64,000 bases of DNA from Iphione sp. A-MEVVRFRX5 (taxonomy: Eukaryota): the NCBI GenBank assembly GCA_976226885.1, contig OZ320315.1, forward strand, positions 97,464,001-97,528,000. Reading direction: 5' to 3'. The position numbers and the translations under genes are program-made. Shown here in pieces: positions 1 to 10,112 of the stretch (position 1 is its first letter; each line of letters opens with the position of its first letter). The notes under the pieces were generated by a model. That model saw only the letters and a list, made by a program, of their open reading frames with translations, did not search any database and was not told the DNA's origin.

Positions 1-405
1 CGGCTAATTGCAGATACAAAACAAATTGACACTGTTGAAGTCATTATATATATTGCCTGACGTACTCACCTAGAATAGCAATCACAGTTGGCATTTTAAA
101 TATTTGGTTCGGCTAATTACAAGTATTGCACCAATACTCTCTTAATAAAGTGATCACAGTTGGCAGTTAAGATACTGGTGTTACACTCGTAATTTGGTCA
201 AATAGCACTAGGTGTATCCAGTATGGCTGAGGTGTCGGATGGTAACAGCCATCAAATCACAGGCACAATCGTGTAATAGGATATCCCAATATACTCTCTT
301 GCATGGGGTATCACAGATTGGTTGTCTACACACACACAATCACATTCCATTCATTCATAGCCCCATTCACACTACATACTCAATTACACAAACAGTTATA
401 CATAC

Positions 406-3258
406 TCATCTCATACCATTTTTCCATCTACGCCAGTCGCACTCTTTTAGCACCTTACCCAACTTTACCTGGTTTGGAAGTTCACTCCAACTTGCTACCC
501 CTCTGTATCTCAATGATCTAGCAAATCTCATCGAGCGGGGCCTGCACACTTTCCCTCGCGTTCTGCTACCCATTCGTGTTTTGGTACCCAATCCCTTCGG
601 TAGGAGCTCCAACCGCATCAGCTTGTGCACTACCGCAGTCCCCCTATATTCGATCATGTCGAAGACCCTGTCCATACCTAGCCTCCGTTGTAGATTTGTA
701 GCACTCTGACCATCCTTAGTGATCAGTGCAGCTCTCACACAACGGTTTAGAGTGATCTGTAGCTTCACTTTGTTCGAGTAGCTAACCCCGAACAACAGCC
801 CAGCTGTGTAAACCAGATGAGTTAGCACTAGTGCTCTGAATAGCATTAGCCTCACATGAAGGGGTACCCAATGTTTTATTCTGGCAATCTGCGTAGACGC
901 TCTCCACATTTTGGCCGACGTGTTGCGGATCGCACCACCGTAGTCGAGTTTTGAATCAATGTCAAACCCCAGGAGTTTTACATTGGTTGATGCCGCTAGT
1001 TTAGTTTCGCCTATTTTCAAATCAAGGTCGAGACCAGTGGCAGTACCAAGGGGCATGTGTACGCATTTAGTAGAGCTTAGTAGGAGACCGTTGTCGCTGC
1101 ACCAATTTACAACGGAGTCAAGAGCTCGTGCCGCTTGGCTTCTCAATCGCATAAGGTCCCGCGCATGCACCAGGACAGTTAGATCATCTGCATAAAGCAC
1201 CGCTGATGCTTGGTTGGGGAGCACAGCTGTAACTGAGTCCACTACAAGGTTAAAACCTAACGGGCCAAACACCGACCCTTGCGGTACCCCATGGCAGACC
1301 ACTCTTTTGCTCGACTCGCTGTCGCCACACCTGACAAACTGACTCCTATCAGTGAGGTAGCTACTGATCATTGCCAGTAAGTTTTTACCACCCCCCACCA
1401 TCCGCAGCCGATAGAGTACATTGTCCCTGCTCACTAAGTCAAAGGCTTTTTTTAGATCGAATAAAAGCCAACATACGTACTCTTTTTGGTTAATCAGCTC
1501 TTGTGTGTCACATACGAGCTTTGCGGCCGCTGTTTCTGTACTGAACCCCTCCCTGAAGCCGTGTTGCATCATGCTGAGACTACTTTGCCGGGTCAAGTTG
1601 TTATTGATTTCCTGGCAGAACCACTTCTCACACAACTTACCAGGGAGGGGCAGTATCGACACAGGACGGTAGTTTGTCAAGTTGTTGGGGTCCCCTCCTT
1701 TGTGAATTGGACAAACCCGTGCCGTTTTCCATGCTCTGGGATATCGTCCTGTAGCATAAATCTGCTCAAATGTCCATGAAAGGAATGCTGCATGTCTAAG
1801 AAGAATTGGCTTGAGGATCCTAGTTGGGATCCCACTGAGCCCGGATGATTTTTCTATGGACACCCTCTGGACAATTTTCCTGACTTCATCAGGAGTCGGT
1901 GGGCGGATATCAAAGGTTTCGCCACGTGCGGTTGTTGATATATGCACTGGAGGTGTCCATGGCTGGCTTAACCTATCAACTGAGTCTACAAAATGGTTGT
2001 TAAATGCCTCTGCCACAGTTACTTCACTGCCCGCTTCCTCATTGACCGCGCTTGGTAGGACCATGCTCCCCTTATTCCTCCCGAGCATGTCATTTAATAC
2101 CCCCCAATTCTTTTTCATATCCCTCCCTGCCTTCTTCAGTTTCCGTTCCCAATACTCCTGTTTTTCCATCGATATTATTTTCTTGATTTCTCTATTCAAG
2201 AATTTATATATCCGATGACTATCCTCACATCCTTCACTCCTCCAGCGTTTCATGAAGTATTCCCTGTCAGCTATTACTTCCCTTGCACCTGCGCTTAGTT
2301 TGAAACCGTCCCTTGACTCCCGGACCACAACTGTTCTTGGAGGGCATGCCGCGTTTATTTCACCTCTTAGACTTTCTTCGAATGTTTCCCAAGCTTCTTC
2401 ATGATCCACCCTTATGACGTCAACAGTTTCCCCAAGGCGCCCCCCAATTTCAGACACATTCGCATTGTCCCACTTCCTGATCACCATTTCCCGTCTTATT
2501 TGACTGGTCGATCCTTTCTTTATTATTACCTCAACAGGCAGGTGGTCACTCATAGCCCATCCTCCGATACTTCCCCCCTTGTGGCCTCCAAAATTCACCC
2601 ATATGTGGTCCAGGCAATTTCCGCTTCCTACCATTGTTCCCCCTTCTATTAGTTGACTGTATCCCTTGCCCGCCAAAAGGCTCGCTATCCCACACCCCGC
2701 CTTCCCTGAGTCCCCATAATTGTAGTTAAAGTCCCCCAGAATCACTGTTTCTTGTTTGTAAGGGGCCCCCCTGGTAGTGACCACTTCGTCCAGGTACTTT
2801 ACACACTCTCCAACCTTATCTGAAGGTGGTCGGTAAACTAAGACAATTTTTAAGGGTCGTCGCTTACCACATTTAAGCGTCACACACAGTACCTCTGTAA
2901 TACTGCCCTTGGGTTCAGGCCTGTCCACACCAACTAAACGGAATGAGTCTCTGTAATAGACGAGCAGACCTCCTCCCTTCTTACCAGTCTGGGTAATCCT
3001 GTCCCTGCGAATAAGGTTATAACCACCCAATTTTAGGGTCCCATCTTCAGTCGAGTCCGTGAGCCAGCTTTCAGATAAGCAACAGACATCCACACTATCA
3101 CGCTCCATGCACTCATGCACCTCTGCTATCTTCCGACGTATACTCCTCACATTGAGGTGGACGACTTTCAGCCCCCTCATGTTCTCGCAGTCAGCCAAAG
3201 ACCAAATTTGTGAGCACACTCGATATAATACGTAAGCAAGAAAATGTCCAATGGTCAA
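406..3258 (-). CDS. LINE ORF2: apurinic endonuclease plus reverse transcriptase, uninterrupted 950 aa
   Basis: APE motifs HLNVRS, LSESWL, YRPP, GDFN, LDHIWV, SDHLPV. RT motifs YRPVSILPLPGK, QHGFR, DLKKAFD, GVPQGS.FGP, YADD, LLGF. The true start may be MRGLKVV at 3180. Confidence 0.97.
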   Translation of the reverse strand: MTIGHFLAYVLYRVCSQIWSLADCENMRGLKVVHLNVRSIRRKIAEVHECMERDSVDVCCLSESWLTDSTEDGTLKLGGYNLIRRDRITQTGKKGGGLLVYYRDSFRLVGVDRPEPKGSITEVLCVTLKCGKRRPLKIVLVYRPPSDKVGECVKYLDEVVTTRGAPYKQETVILGDFNYNYGDSGKAGCGIASLLAGKGYSQLIEGGTMVGSGNCLDHIWVNFGGHKGGSIGGWAMSDHLPVEVIIKKGSTSQIRREMVIRKWDNANVSEIGGRLGETVDVIRVDHEEAWETFEESLRGEINAACPPRTVVVRESRDGFKLSAGAREVIADREYFMKRWRSEGCEDSHRIYKFLNREIKKIISMEKQEYWERKLKKAGRDMKKNWGVLNDMLGRNKGSMVLPSAVNEEAGSEVTVAEAFNNHFVDSVDRLSQPWTPPVHISTTARGETFDIRPPTPDEVRKIVQRVSIEKSSGLSGIPTRILKPILLRHAAFLSWTFEQIYATGRYPRAWKTARVCPIHKGGDPNNLTNYRPVSILPLPGKLCEKWFCQEINNNLTRQSSLSMMQHGFREGFSTETAAAKLVCDTQELINQKEYVCWLLFDLKKAFDLVSRDNVLYRLRMVGGGKNLLAMISSYLTDRSQFVRCGDSESSKRVVCHGVPQGSVFGPLGFNLVVDSVTAVLPNQASAVLYADDLTVLVHARDLMRLRSQAARALDSVVNWCSDNGLLLSSTKCVHMPLGTATGLDLDLKIGETKLAASTNVKLLGFDIDSKLDYGGAIRNTSAKMWRASTQIARIKHWVPLHVRLMLFRALVLTHLVYTAGLLFGVSYSNKVKLQITLNRCVRAALITKDGQSATNLQRRLGMDRVFDMIEYRGTAVVHKLMRLELLPKGLGTKTRMGSRTRGKVCRPRSMRFARSLRYRGVASWSELPNQVKLGKVLKECDWRRWKNGMR

Positions 3259-3418
3259 TATACTATTTGAGTGGTGGTGTAGTAAGAAAGTAGTGGAATA
3301 TTGCTATTAAAGTCTGTGCCCGGACTAAATATAGTCAGATGATTATCAACAGGGCAACGGTGGACACACTATGGATCTAATCAGATTGTCCGATGAACAT
3401 CCATATATGGGGTAGTAT

Positions 3419-3645
3419 AAGTAAACTGTCGGTACACAATACACATATGCAAGAATAGTACAGAATACACAAGTGGATAATAACACAGAACAGAACACAC
3501 TAGCGGATAATAAGCACGGAAAATGATCATCCACATATAGGGTGGTCTAAGTTAACTGTCGGTACACAATACACATATGCAAGAATAGTACAGAATACAC
3601 AAATGGATAATAACACAGAACAGAACACACAAGCGGATAATAGTC
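3419..3645. repeat. Tandem duplication, 130-bp period, in the SGNH-ORF2 spacer
   Basis: ACTGTCGGTACACAATACACATATGCAAGAATAGTACAGAATACAC occurs at 3425 and 3555. Confidence 0.92.
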
Positions 3646-3796
3646 ACGCAAAATTGATTGGATTGGTCTGCGTAGTGTGATTTTCCTGGTTGTAGATGAC
3701 ACAAGAGTTCAAGGATATCAGAGCAACGTTTCTGGATCAGAGTCCCTTGATCTATACTACTAGAACGTGCTATTGATGAAACGATCTGACAGTTAC

Positions 3797-3833
3797 CTGG
3801 CGCTCTCCCTGGGATAACAGCTAACAACTAATA
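3797..3833. promoter_or_regulatory. Spacer segment complementary to the A1 5'UTR (partner 6240-6279)
   Basis: 3797-3809 CTGGCGCTCTCCC is the exact reverse complement of 6267-6279. Further helices: 3811-3814/6263-6266, 3815-3818/6256-6259, and 3824-3833/6240-6249 (two G:U). Confidence 0.6.
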
Positions 3834-3904
3834 ATACTGGCACATATAGATAGCAAGTTAGCAGATCTATTTAGCTAACGGAATCACGGTCAAGATTTCC
3901 CTGC

Positions 3905-4592
3905 TTAATCGATGTTCACGATATGGAGGTGTCCATATTCACGTATGAAATCCACAATTAATACCTCTAATGCAAACGACCATTCACCTACCACCTGGTG
4001 TGAGCTGGTCTGCCTTCAATAGGGAAAAGTCATTTGTCGTGACACCCCCGTTATAGGTGGTGATCGGGGCACTAAGGTCACATGGGTGCATGCCGTACCT
4101 CACTGCTGACGAGCAGCACTGCAGGTAGTGGATATATGCGGCAGCTTCCATTAGGTACTGCTCAGCGTCGTCTGTGCAGTCCGGCGAAATCACTGAGAAG
4201 TCCATCACAGGTGATGGACAGTGGACTACGGCTGGGGGTGCCGTAGCTGTATCCGACAAGACGCTCTCGATGGCATCCATGTACCACTTCACACGCTCGC
4301 TGTATGCTGCCGGGGATCCTGTGTTGACGGACCATTGGCCCGTCTCGTACTTGACCCAATCGAAGATACCTATTGCTGTAATCACGAGATGGTATCCGCT
4401 GACGTTGTAGGTCTGCAACCAAGCCAAAAGCCTCTTATATGATGCCTTTGGGATAGTCACGACGTCGACACGAGTGGGTGGAACGGAGTGTAGTTTATCT
4501 TTGAGCTGCAGCGCCGCAGGGGCCATACGCGAGTCAGTCAGCAGTAGCACTCTGGTTCGGTGACTTACATCGACTCGCGCTGGTTGCATCAT
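3905..4592 (-). pseudogene. SGNH/GDSL-hydrolase-like middle ORF of copy A1, one frameshift near 3995
   Basis: Block I-like VLLLTDSR and block III-like TAIGIFDW. After the frameshift the frame VVGEWSFALEVLIVDFIREYGHLH matches the A2 C-terminus VVVGEWTFAVQLMLSEYIQEYGHLH. Stop at 3905-3907. Confidence 0.75.
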
Positions 4593-4653
4593 TGAGGTAA
4601 CTGCGAGAGAGTAAATAACATAACCCTAAACGCTGAACGATAACATACGATCC

Positions 4654-6240
4654 TTAAGCGCTGGCAGTCGGCAAATCAGTACTAGAGGACCCAAATGAGA
4701 GAACTTCATTTCTGATTTTCACCAGCATCTTCCCTAGCAAGTTTTTACCAACGTAGCCGTTTGACCCACTTAAGGCACGTACGGTCGAGCCCGTACCGAG
4801 AATCGGGTCATTGTCAACATACACAATCTCTGATACATTACTGCGACTGAGCTTCAATCGTGCAGCCTCATTGTTTAGAAGCATTATCGACACAACTTTC
4901 CTGACCGTTACCTCTGAATTGGCCTCCCATTCTGCTGTCGAAACTATTCTGTCTCCGATTCGCTTGGCACCTTCGCCGCTCCTTGCTTTTTGAACCCTGT
5001 GTTCTGCTTCACGGTCACCGCACATGCGCGATTTGATATATTGCAGGGCGTGTTCGGGAGTTTCATAGTAGATCCCGTCCAACTTCATTGGGGTACTTTG
5101 TTGCAAAGAAAAGCAAGCGTCGTCTTTGTCGAATAATAAATTATTCCTGTCGTCGCAATCATGACTCATAATTGTGTTCTGGATCAAGTTGTTGTCATCT
5201 GGTTCGAATCTTTTACCGTCAACCACTAAGTCAATGCCACTTACGAATGCGCTGTGACCTCGTTTCCTAGCTTTTGCCGCCAGCCGCTGCTGTTTCGCAT
5301 GTAAATCAGCGGCGATCCGAGGGATATCTTCATTAATGTAGATTTGTCGATAATCTTTGAGTTTTGCTAGTACCGATCTTTTCCTGAGCAGTAGGTTCCG
5401 TGCCTCAATCGAAGTTAATAAGACGCCCACCTTTAGTTTGCCATTAATGTTGGAAAAGACGGCTGTATCCTCTATTTCGTGAGGCTTGATGCCCGCAAGT
5501 GTGTTCACCATCCTCACAATAAATGACTTGATGGATTTTTCCTCACTCGCAGGAATCCCAGTTAATACCACCTTCCTGCACCTGTCGTTGATCTCCAGAC
5601 GCATTAGATCATATTTAGTAGACATGCAGCTTTTCGAGAGATGTGATAATTGTAACTCGATGCTATCAATTTTGCTCGCAAGATCTCCGTTAACGACACT
5701 GTCATCCACCCTCCGGGTCGATTTCCCTGGTGAAATCGATGATCGTAGACTGGCAAGTTCAGCTCTAATACTTGCAAACTCAGACTTGAATTCACTGCGG
5801 ATAGCGTTAAGAACGCCTTGCCACTTACTGTTGTTTTCAGCCAAGATGTGGTCGGTGTTAGGCGCGGGAGACAGCGGCCTCCCCTCCTCCAAGTCAACGT
5901 GTATGTCTTGGTGCCCATCCGATCGAACGTTGATCCCAGCATTCTTTGTAACAGTGTCGACTCCCCCGTTATCTTTTTCAACATGAAGTGAATCCACGTT
6001 CGTATTATCACCGACCGTTTCAACGTTTGGAGTAGTTGGTTCGGTCCTGCTAGCAACTGGCGTACTCTTGTTGGTCAAGGTTGTTGTGACTGAATTATCG
6101 CTCACTGGCTCTTTGTTCTCAACATTTTCAACCGATTTGCAATCAAAACTCTCTTCAAGGCATGGTGCAGACGCCGATCTAAGCAACATTTTACTTGTAT
6201 TCGCCCGTGGAGTAGGCAGCTTTTGCGATCTTCTGCCCAT
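4654..6240 (-). CDS. LINE ORF1 (coiled coil plus L1-type RRM/CTD) with C-terminal NADAR domain, 528 aa
   Basis: Heptad region; RCRKVVLTGIPA; IYINEDIP. Then a YbiA-like block: DGIYYETPEHALQYIKS, AKRIGDRI, EWEANS, DNDPILGTG, GKNLLGKMLVKIRNEV. Confidence 0.88.
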   Translation of the reverse strand: MGRRSQKLPTPRANTSKMLLRSASAPCLEESFDCKSVENVENKEPVSDNSVTTTLTNKSTPVASRTEPTTPNVETVGDNTNVDSLHVEKDNGGVDTVTKNAGINVRSDGHQDIHVDLEEGRPLSPAPNTDHILAENNSKWQGVLNAIRSEFKSEFASIRAELASLRSSISPGKSTRRVDDSVVNGDLASKIDSIELQLSHLSKSCMSTKYDLMRLEINDRCRKVVLTGIPASEEKSIKSFIVRMVNTLAGIKPHEIEDTAVFSNINGKLKVGVLLTSIEARNLLLRKRSVLAKLKDYRQIYINEDIPRIAADLHAKQQRLAAKARKRGHSAFVSGIDLVVDGKRFEPDDNNLIQNTIMSHDCDDRNNLLFDKDDACFSLQQSTPMKLDGIYYETPEHALQYIKSRMCGDREAEHRVQKARSGEGAKRIGDRIVSTAEWEANSEVTVRKVVSIMLLNNEAARLKLSRSNVSEIVYVDNDPILGTGSTVRALSGSNGYVGKNLLGKMLVKIRNEVLSFGSSSTDLPTASA

Positions 6241-6399
6241 ATTAGCCGTAAACGCGTTATATTCCCGGGAGAGCGCCAGCGTACGTCCTACCCCGTTCGT
6301 GCCATAAGAATGAAACTGCCGATCCCCGAAAGCAACACGTACTTCAAGGTTCCTAGGGTAAATGCTCGTTTGAAGATGGGGTACAGAACAAAAACAAAG

Positions 6400-7800
6400 G
6401 CATTATGTGTGCATTTGGAAATAGAGGTCAATAGCACAAACAGCAATACCATCAGTGATGTTTCTTAGTATTTTACCCATTGCTATATGTCGACCTACCT
6501 TTCAGCAATCCATGCTGATGTCTTGACCAAACGTTTATTCTAATAGTTCTTCACCTAAGCGTTTATAAAACAAAAACTCTTCAAATATTTTTCCAGGCAG
6601 TGGTAATGTGCTAATTGGTCTGTAATTATGAAGTCATTCTCTGGTTCCTTTTTTGAATACAGGTACTCTTTTGGCTTTCACTCGACTACATATATACCAG
6701 TACTCAGGAGACAATGCCTTGTAGCCCTCCTTCAAGTATTTGGTGCTCAGGTGGTCTATAAAGAGCTAATACTGATTATGGTTTATGTTTTCTAAAGTGA
6801 TTCGAATATATCAGTATTACAAGCCAATTCATGCAGCTGTTTTACCTTCCAATCGTTGTTAACATAATTCCACTACCTTTTGTTGGCTTGTGTGACCTGT
6901 CTCGTGTCTGATAGCCTTATATTCAGTTTGATGTAAGAGTCACCTAGCCAAGTCTCAGTGAAACATGTAATAGTACAGTTCAGCTGCAGTATGTCGTCAT
7001 GTATCTTCTTGAAAAACACTACTTACATTATAATACTGAATTATGAACTTCATTGTAGTGAATTACAGGTTGATGTATTGCTACAACCATTTTATAGATG
7101 ATTTGTAGGTTTCTTTCAATCAGTTTTAGAGGTGTTTTATACAGTTCATAGAGCAATAACACAACAGGACAGTTCGAGTTTGCAACAGGATATGATGAAA
7201 TGCTTGACGATACGACCTAGTATGAGCACAAGATGAGATAGGAGCAAACAGTATACCTAGATCTCATTATACCAAAGGTCTGCTATATAACCTGGTATCT
7301 CACCTTAATTTTTCGATCTCGTCATACCAAAGGTCTGTTATATAACCTGGTAACTCACTTTCTGACACTAGGTCATCCCTGAAAACAATACAATGATCAA
7401 GTATTCGATTTATAGGCGTGCAAGTGTCAGGTGTTCCAAAACTGTTGCAGCTGTTCATACTTTCTGCTAGTCCATTATTAATGGCCACATGGATATTCAA
7501 GTTCATGTCGTACTCATCAACGTTTTTGACCATTGAACACCACTGTGTGAAAATATGGTTGGAACAAAGCATTTCTAATAGTGGTCATAGTGTACAGCCA
7601 GGGATCCTGGGATATATTGTCCAGCGAGTAAATCCCCAAGTAGATAAAGGTGACATCTGTGTCTATTGTTGGAATACTGGGGAGCTCTGGGAGCCTTTTT
7701 CCATGTATTGATCAATGTCGTCATCCTTGATGAAAGATCATATTTTGTATGTGTTCCCACTTCTGGGACCAGGAAACTCTTAGTAGAAATACTGTTGAGC
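6400..7800 (-). pseudogene. Decayed, internally deleted LINE: SGNH-like remnant, APE remnant, RT remnant
   Basis: Minus-strand fragments YLLGD and IHVAINN (7400-7650); TCFTETWLG (about 6950); PVFKKG and NYRPISTLPLPGKIFE (6580-6670). Confidence 0.65.
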
Positions 7801-9300
7801 TGCATTTCCCTAGCTTTGTTTCTTGAGATTTGGAAGGTCAGAAATATTTTGGCATCCCATGTGGGATGGAAGTGTTGGGGTAGGTTGGGCTCCTGCCCTT
7901 TTCTCCACGTATGTGCTTACCAGAAAAAACACCCCTTCTCCAATAAGGGAAAATGTCTATAGCCAATGACATGACAGGTAAAGGTCAAATGTGCGAGACA
8001 GTTTTTGATCTGTTCTGTTGAGGAGCCAGTGCCATCCCTCCACAGCGTTGTTGGTTTTGATGGAGTGCCAAAAGATATGACATACAGATGGTAGCCATAC
8101 AGAGCTGTTGATCCAAGTCCTCCTGATGTATTCTAGGAGCTGGTCAACTACTTTAATTGTTAGGGCAAATACCCTCAACTCCTCATTGTGTGTATCTGGC
8201 AGGAATGGCAGGGCCATTGCTTGCCACTGGTAGCTGTGTGTTGCCTGATGTCATGTAAATTTATTGTAGACCCAGGGCTTGGATCTTCCTCCATACTGCT
8301 TGTGTCCAATGGAACACACAGCCCTTGACTCAAGCAATAGGCAGTACTTCAACAGCTTCAAACAGCTGGCTTCAAAATCCATGACTTCAAAATCCATGAC
8401 TACACGCTTCTCTAGTAGGTGCTCTGTTGGCAGTTTCTTGGTGATCTTCTTCAGCACCTGCTTGTAGTCCTTTTTCTCTTGGTACAACATAAGCATGAAC
8501 ATCAGCAGCACTTGTTTCATCTTGTCCCCTTCATCAAGGAATCCATGGATGGACCAGAGCTGAACAAATGGATGTCAGATGATCTTGAAGGTACCATCCA
8601 TGTACCAGGTCTTGCACTTGCTCAGAAGCTCCAGCTGCTGACTTGTAGAAAAGATCAGATGTTTTGTCCTGTATAATTCCATATGGAAGGAAGTCTTACA
8701 CAGTTCAAACTCAACACAGTTCAAACTAAACTTCTTTTGGTTCCTCAGGTACCAGGTCAGTGCATTGTCCAGTGGCTCCCTGTACCAAGTTGGCTGGGGC
8801 AGGCTGGCAGCCAGGGGAGCTCCACTGCTGCAGCTGTACTTGTAATAACTCCTCTATGTGTGTCTGGAAAAGATTGTAGAAACATTACTTGCTGAAAGTA
8901 GTGATGTCTTGCCTTGTGCTGCATGTAGGTCTCCTGAAGACCTATAGCTTCCTCACTACTGCCCCTGTCCAATGGACGACTCACTCTGCAGACAGATGGC
9001 CAACTTCCTGTTTTGAAATCCATTGCCTCTCGCTTCACTGCCAGGTGTTCCGTTGGCAGCTTCTTGATGATCTTCTTCACCACCCACTTGTAATCCTTTT
9101 TCTCTTGGCATGACAATGGCAGTGGCATCTGCTTCAAGTTGTCTCCATCAATGAGCCCATAAATTACCTACACCTGAAAAAATGGGTGGCAGACTATTTT
9201 GAAGGTTCCATCCAGGTACCAGGAATTGCACTGACTTAGAAGCTCCAGCTGCTGACTTGTAGCAAAGATCAGGTGTCTTTGTCCTGGCCCACATAACAGA
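7780..9300 (-). mobile_element. Decayed MULE (Mutator) transposase, two tandem diverged copies of the DDE N-terminal segment
   Basis: FATSQQLELL and WYLDGTFKI (about 9200-9270 and 8580-8660); KKDYK.V.KKI.KKLPTEHL and VMDFE (8400-8480, 9040-9110); MALPFLP and TNNAVEGWH (7957-8217). Confidence 0.85.
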
Positions 9301-9572
9301 TGTTGCAGCTGATTGCATAGATGTTGCTGCTCTTGCAGGTTGCTTTTCGTTTTGTTTCGTGTTATGCTTTGTTGATTGGTTCATTATTCTCCGTTCTCCC
9401 ATTTACGTAATTAGTACCTGTGTCGTCGTCCTGTTTTGCTCGTTGTTACCTTGACTATTGTTGATCTTTTTATGCGTTCTTCCACCTCTTCATTGAGGAC
9501 CACCCCTCAGACCCAGTGTCTGAAAAGGGCGTTGAACCTGGCTTGGATGCACAGGGACTATCTGAACCTTGG

Positions 9573-10112
9573 TCAGATTTTGGACCAGTAGGCTGTCTTG
9601 CCTCTCCTTGCGGGTGTCCTTTTCTGTTTTCTTTCGCGCATTGTGTGGCGTAGTCCCAGCATTCTGCAATCTGTTTGGCGGTCAGCTTTGTCTCGACCTT
9701 GGCCAAGTCTGCCACAGCCTCGCCCTGGCCTTTCTGGCCTGGTCTCCTTTACATATCTCTGTCTTAGCTCGCAGAGAATAATTCTTAAGTTCTCATTGTC
9801 TCGGTAGAAGGTCGCTAAAGGTGTTGTCAGGATACTGCTGCGCAGGATCAGCCCCATTTCTAGCGCCTCCTCTAGGAACTTTGCTCGGGTGTCACTCTTT
9901 GCTTGTGTCCAGAGTGTTCTCATCGCTTTCTGCCAACTGTCCAAATAGCCAGCACTCCTCACCACGGTTAGGTCTTCAGATTCACCTGGTGTTCTCTGGT
10001 CATTGAAGGTCTCGTTTGGCCTTTTGAGGTGCAATTTCCTGGGTCTGACGTGCTTAATTTGCTCTGCTTCATCGTAATCGTTCTTGTCTTCCTCCAAGGA
10101 CAGGTTCTGCAT
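9573..10112 (-). pseudogene. Remnant homologous to the long N-terminal extension of the Penelope-like ORF at 36275-38122
   Basis: Ungapped 66-aa alignment with 27 identities: GYLDSWQKAMR...LEMGLIL..I.T.PL..F.R...LRQR vs GYVTSWNTAMR...LERGNIL..I.T.PL..F.R...MRQR. Confidence 0.7.

Larger units (their letters stand above)
1..6320 (-). mobile_element. Near-intact three-ORF LINE (CR1/L2 group), copy A1: ORF1-NADAR, SGNH-like ORF, APE-RT
   Basis: Co-oriented ORFs at 4654-6240, 3905-4592 and 406-3258. The 5'UTR motif GCTCTCCCGG is shared with copy A2. The 3' end is not clearly delimited and may run off the window start; imperfect repeats occupy 1-330. Ends are approximate. Confidence 0.88.

Noticed and set aside
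212-2652. Plus-strand ORFs overlapping LINE ORF2, and similar ones at 5486-5986, 27834-28427, 30706-31299 and 36909-37373
   Set aside because: They are antisense shadows of real minus-strand coding frames, with no recognisable motifs.
4654-6240. NADAR as the antitoxin of a DarT-NADAR toxin-antitoxin pair
   Set aside because: No ADP-ribosyltransferase-like ORF was recognised next to any copy; the neighbours are retroelement ORFs.
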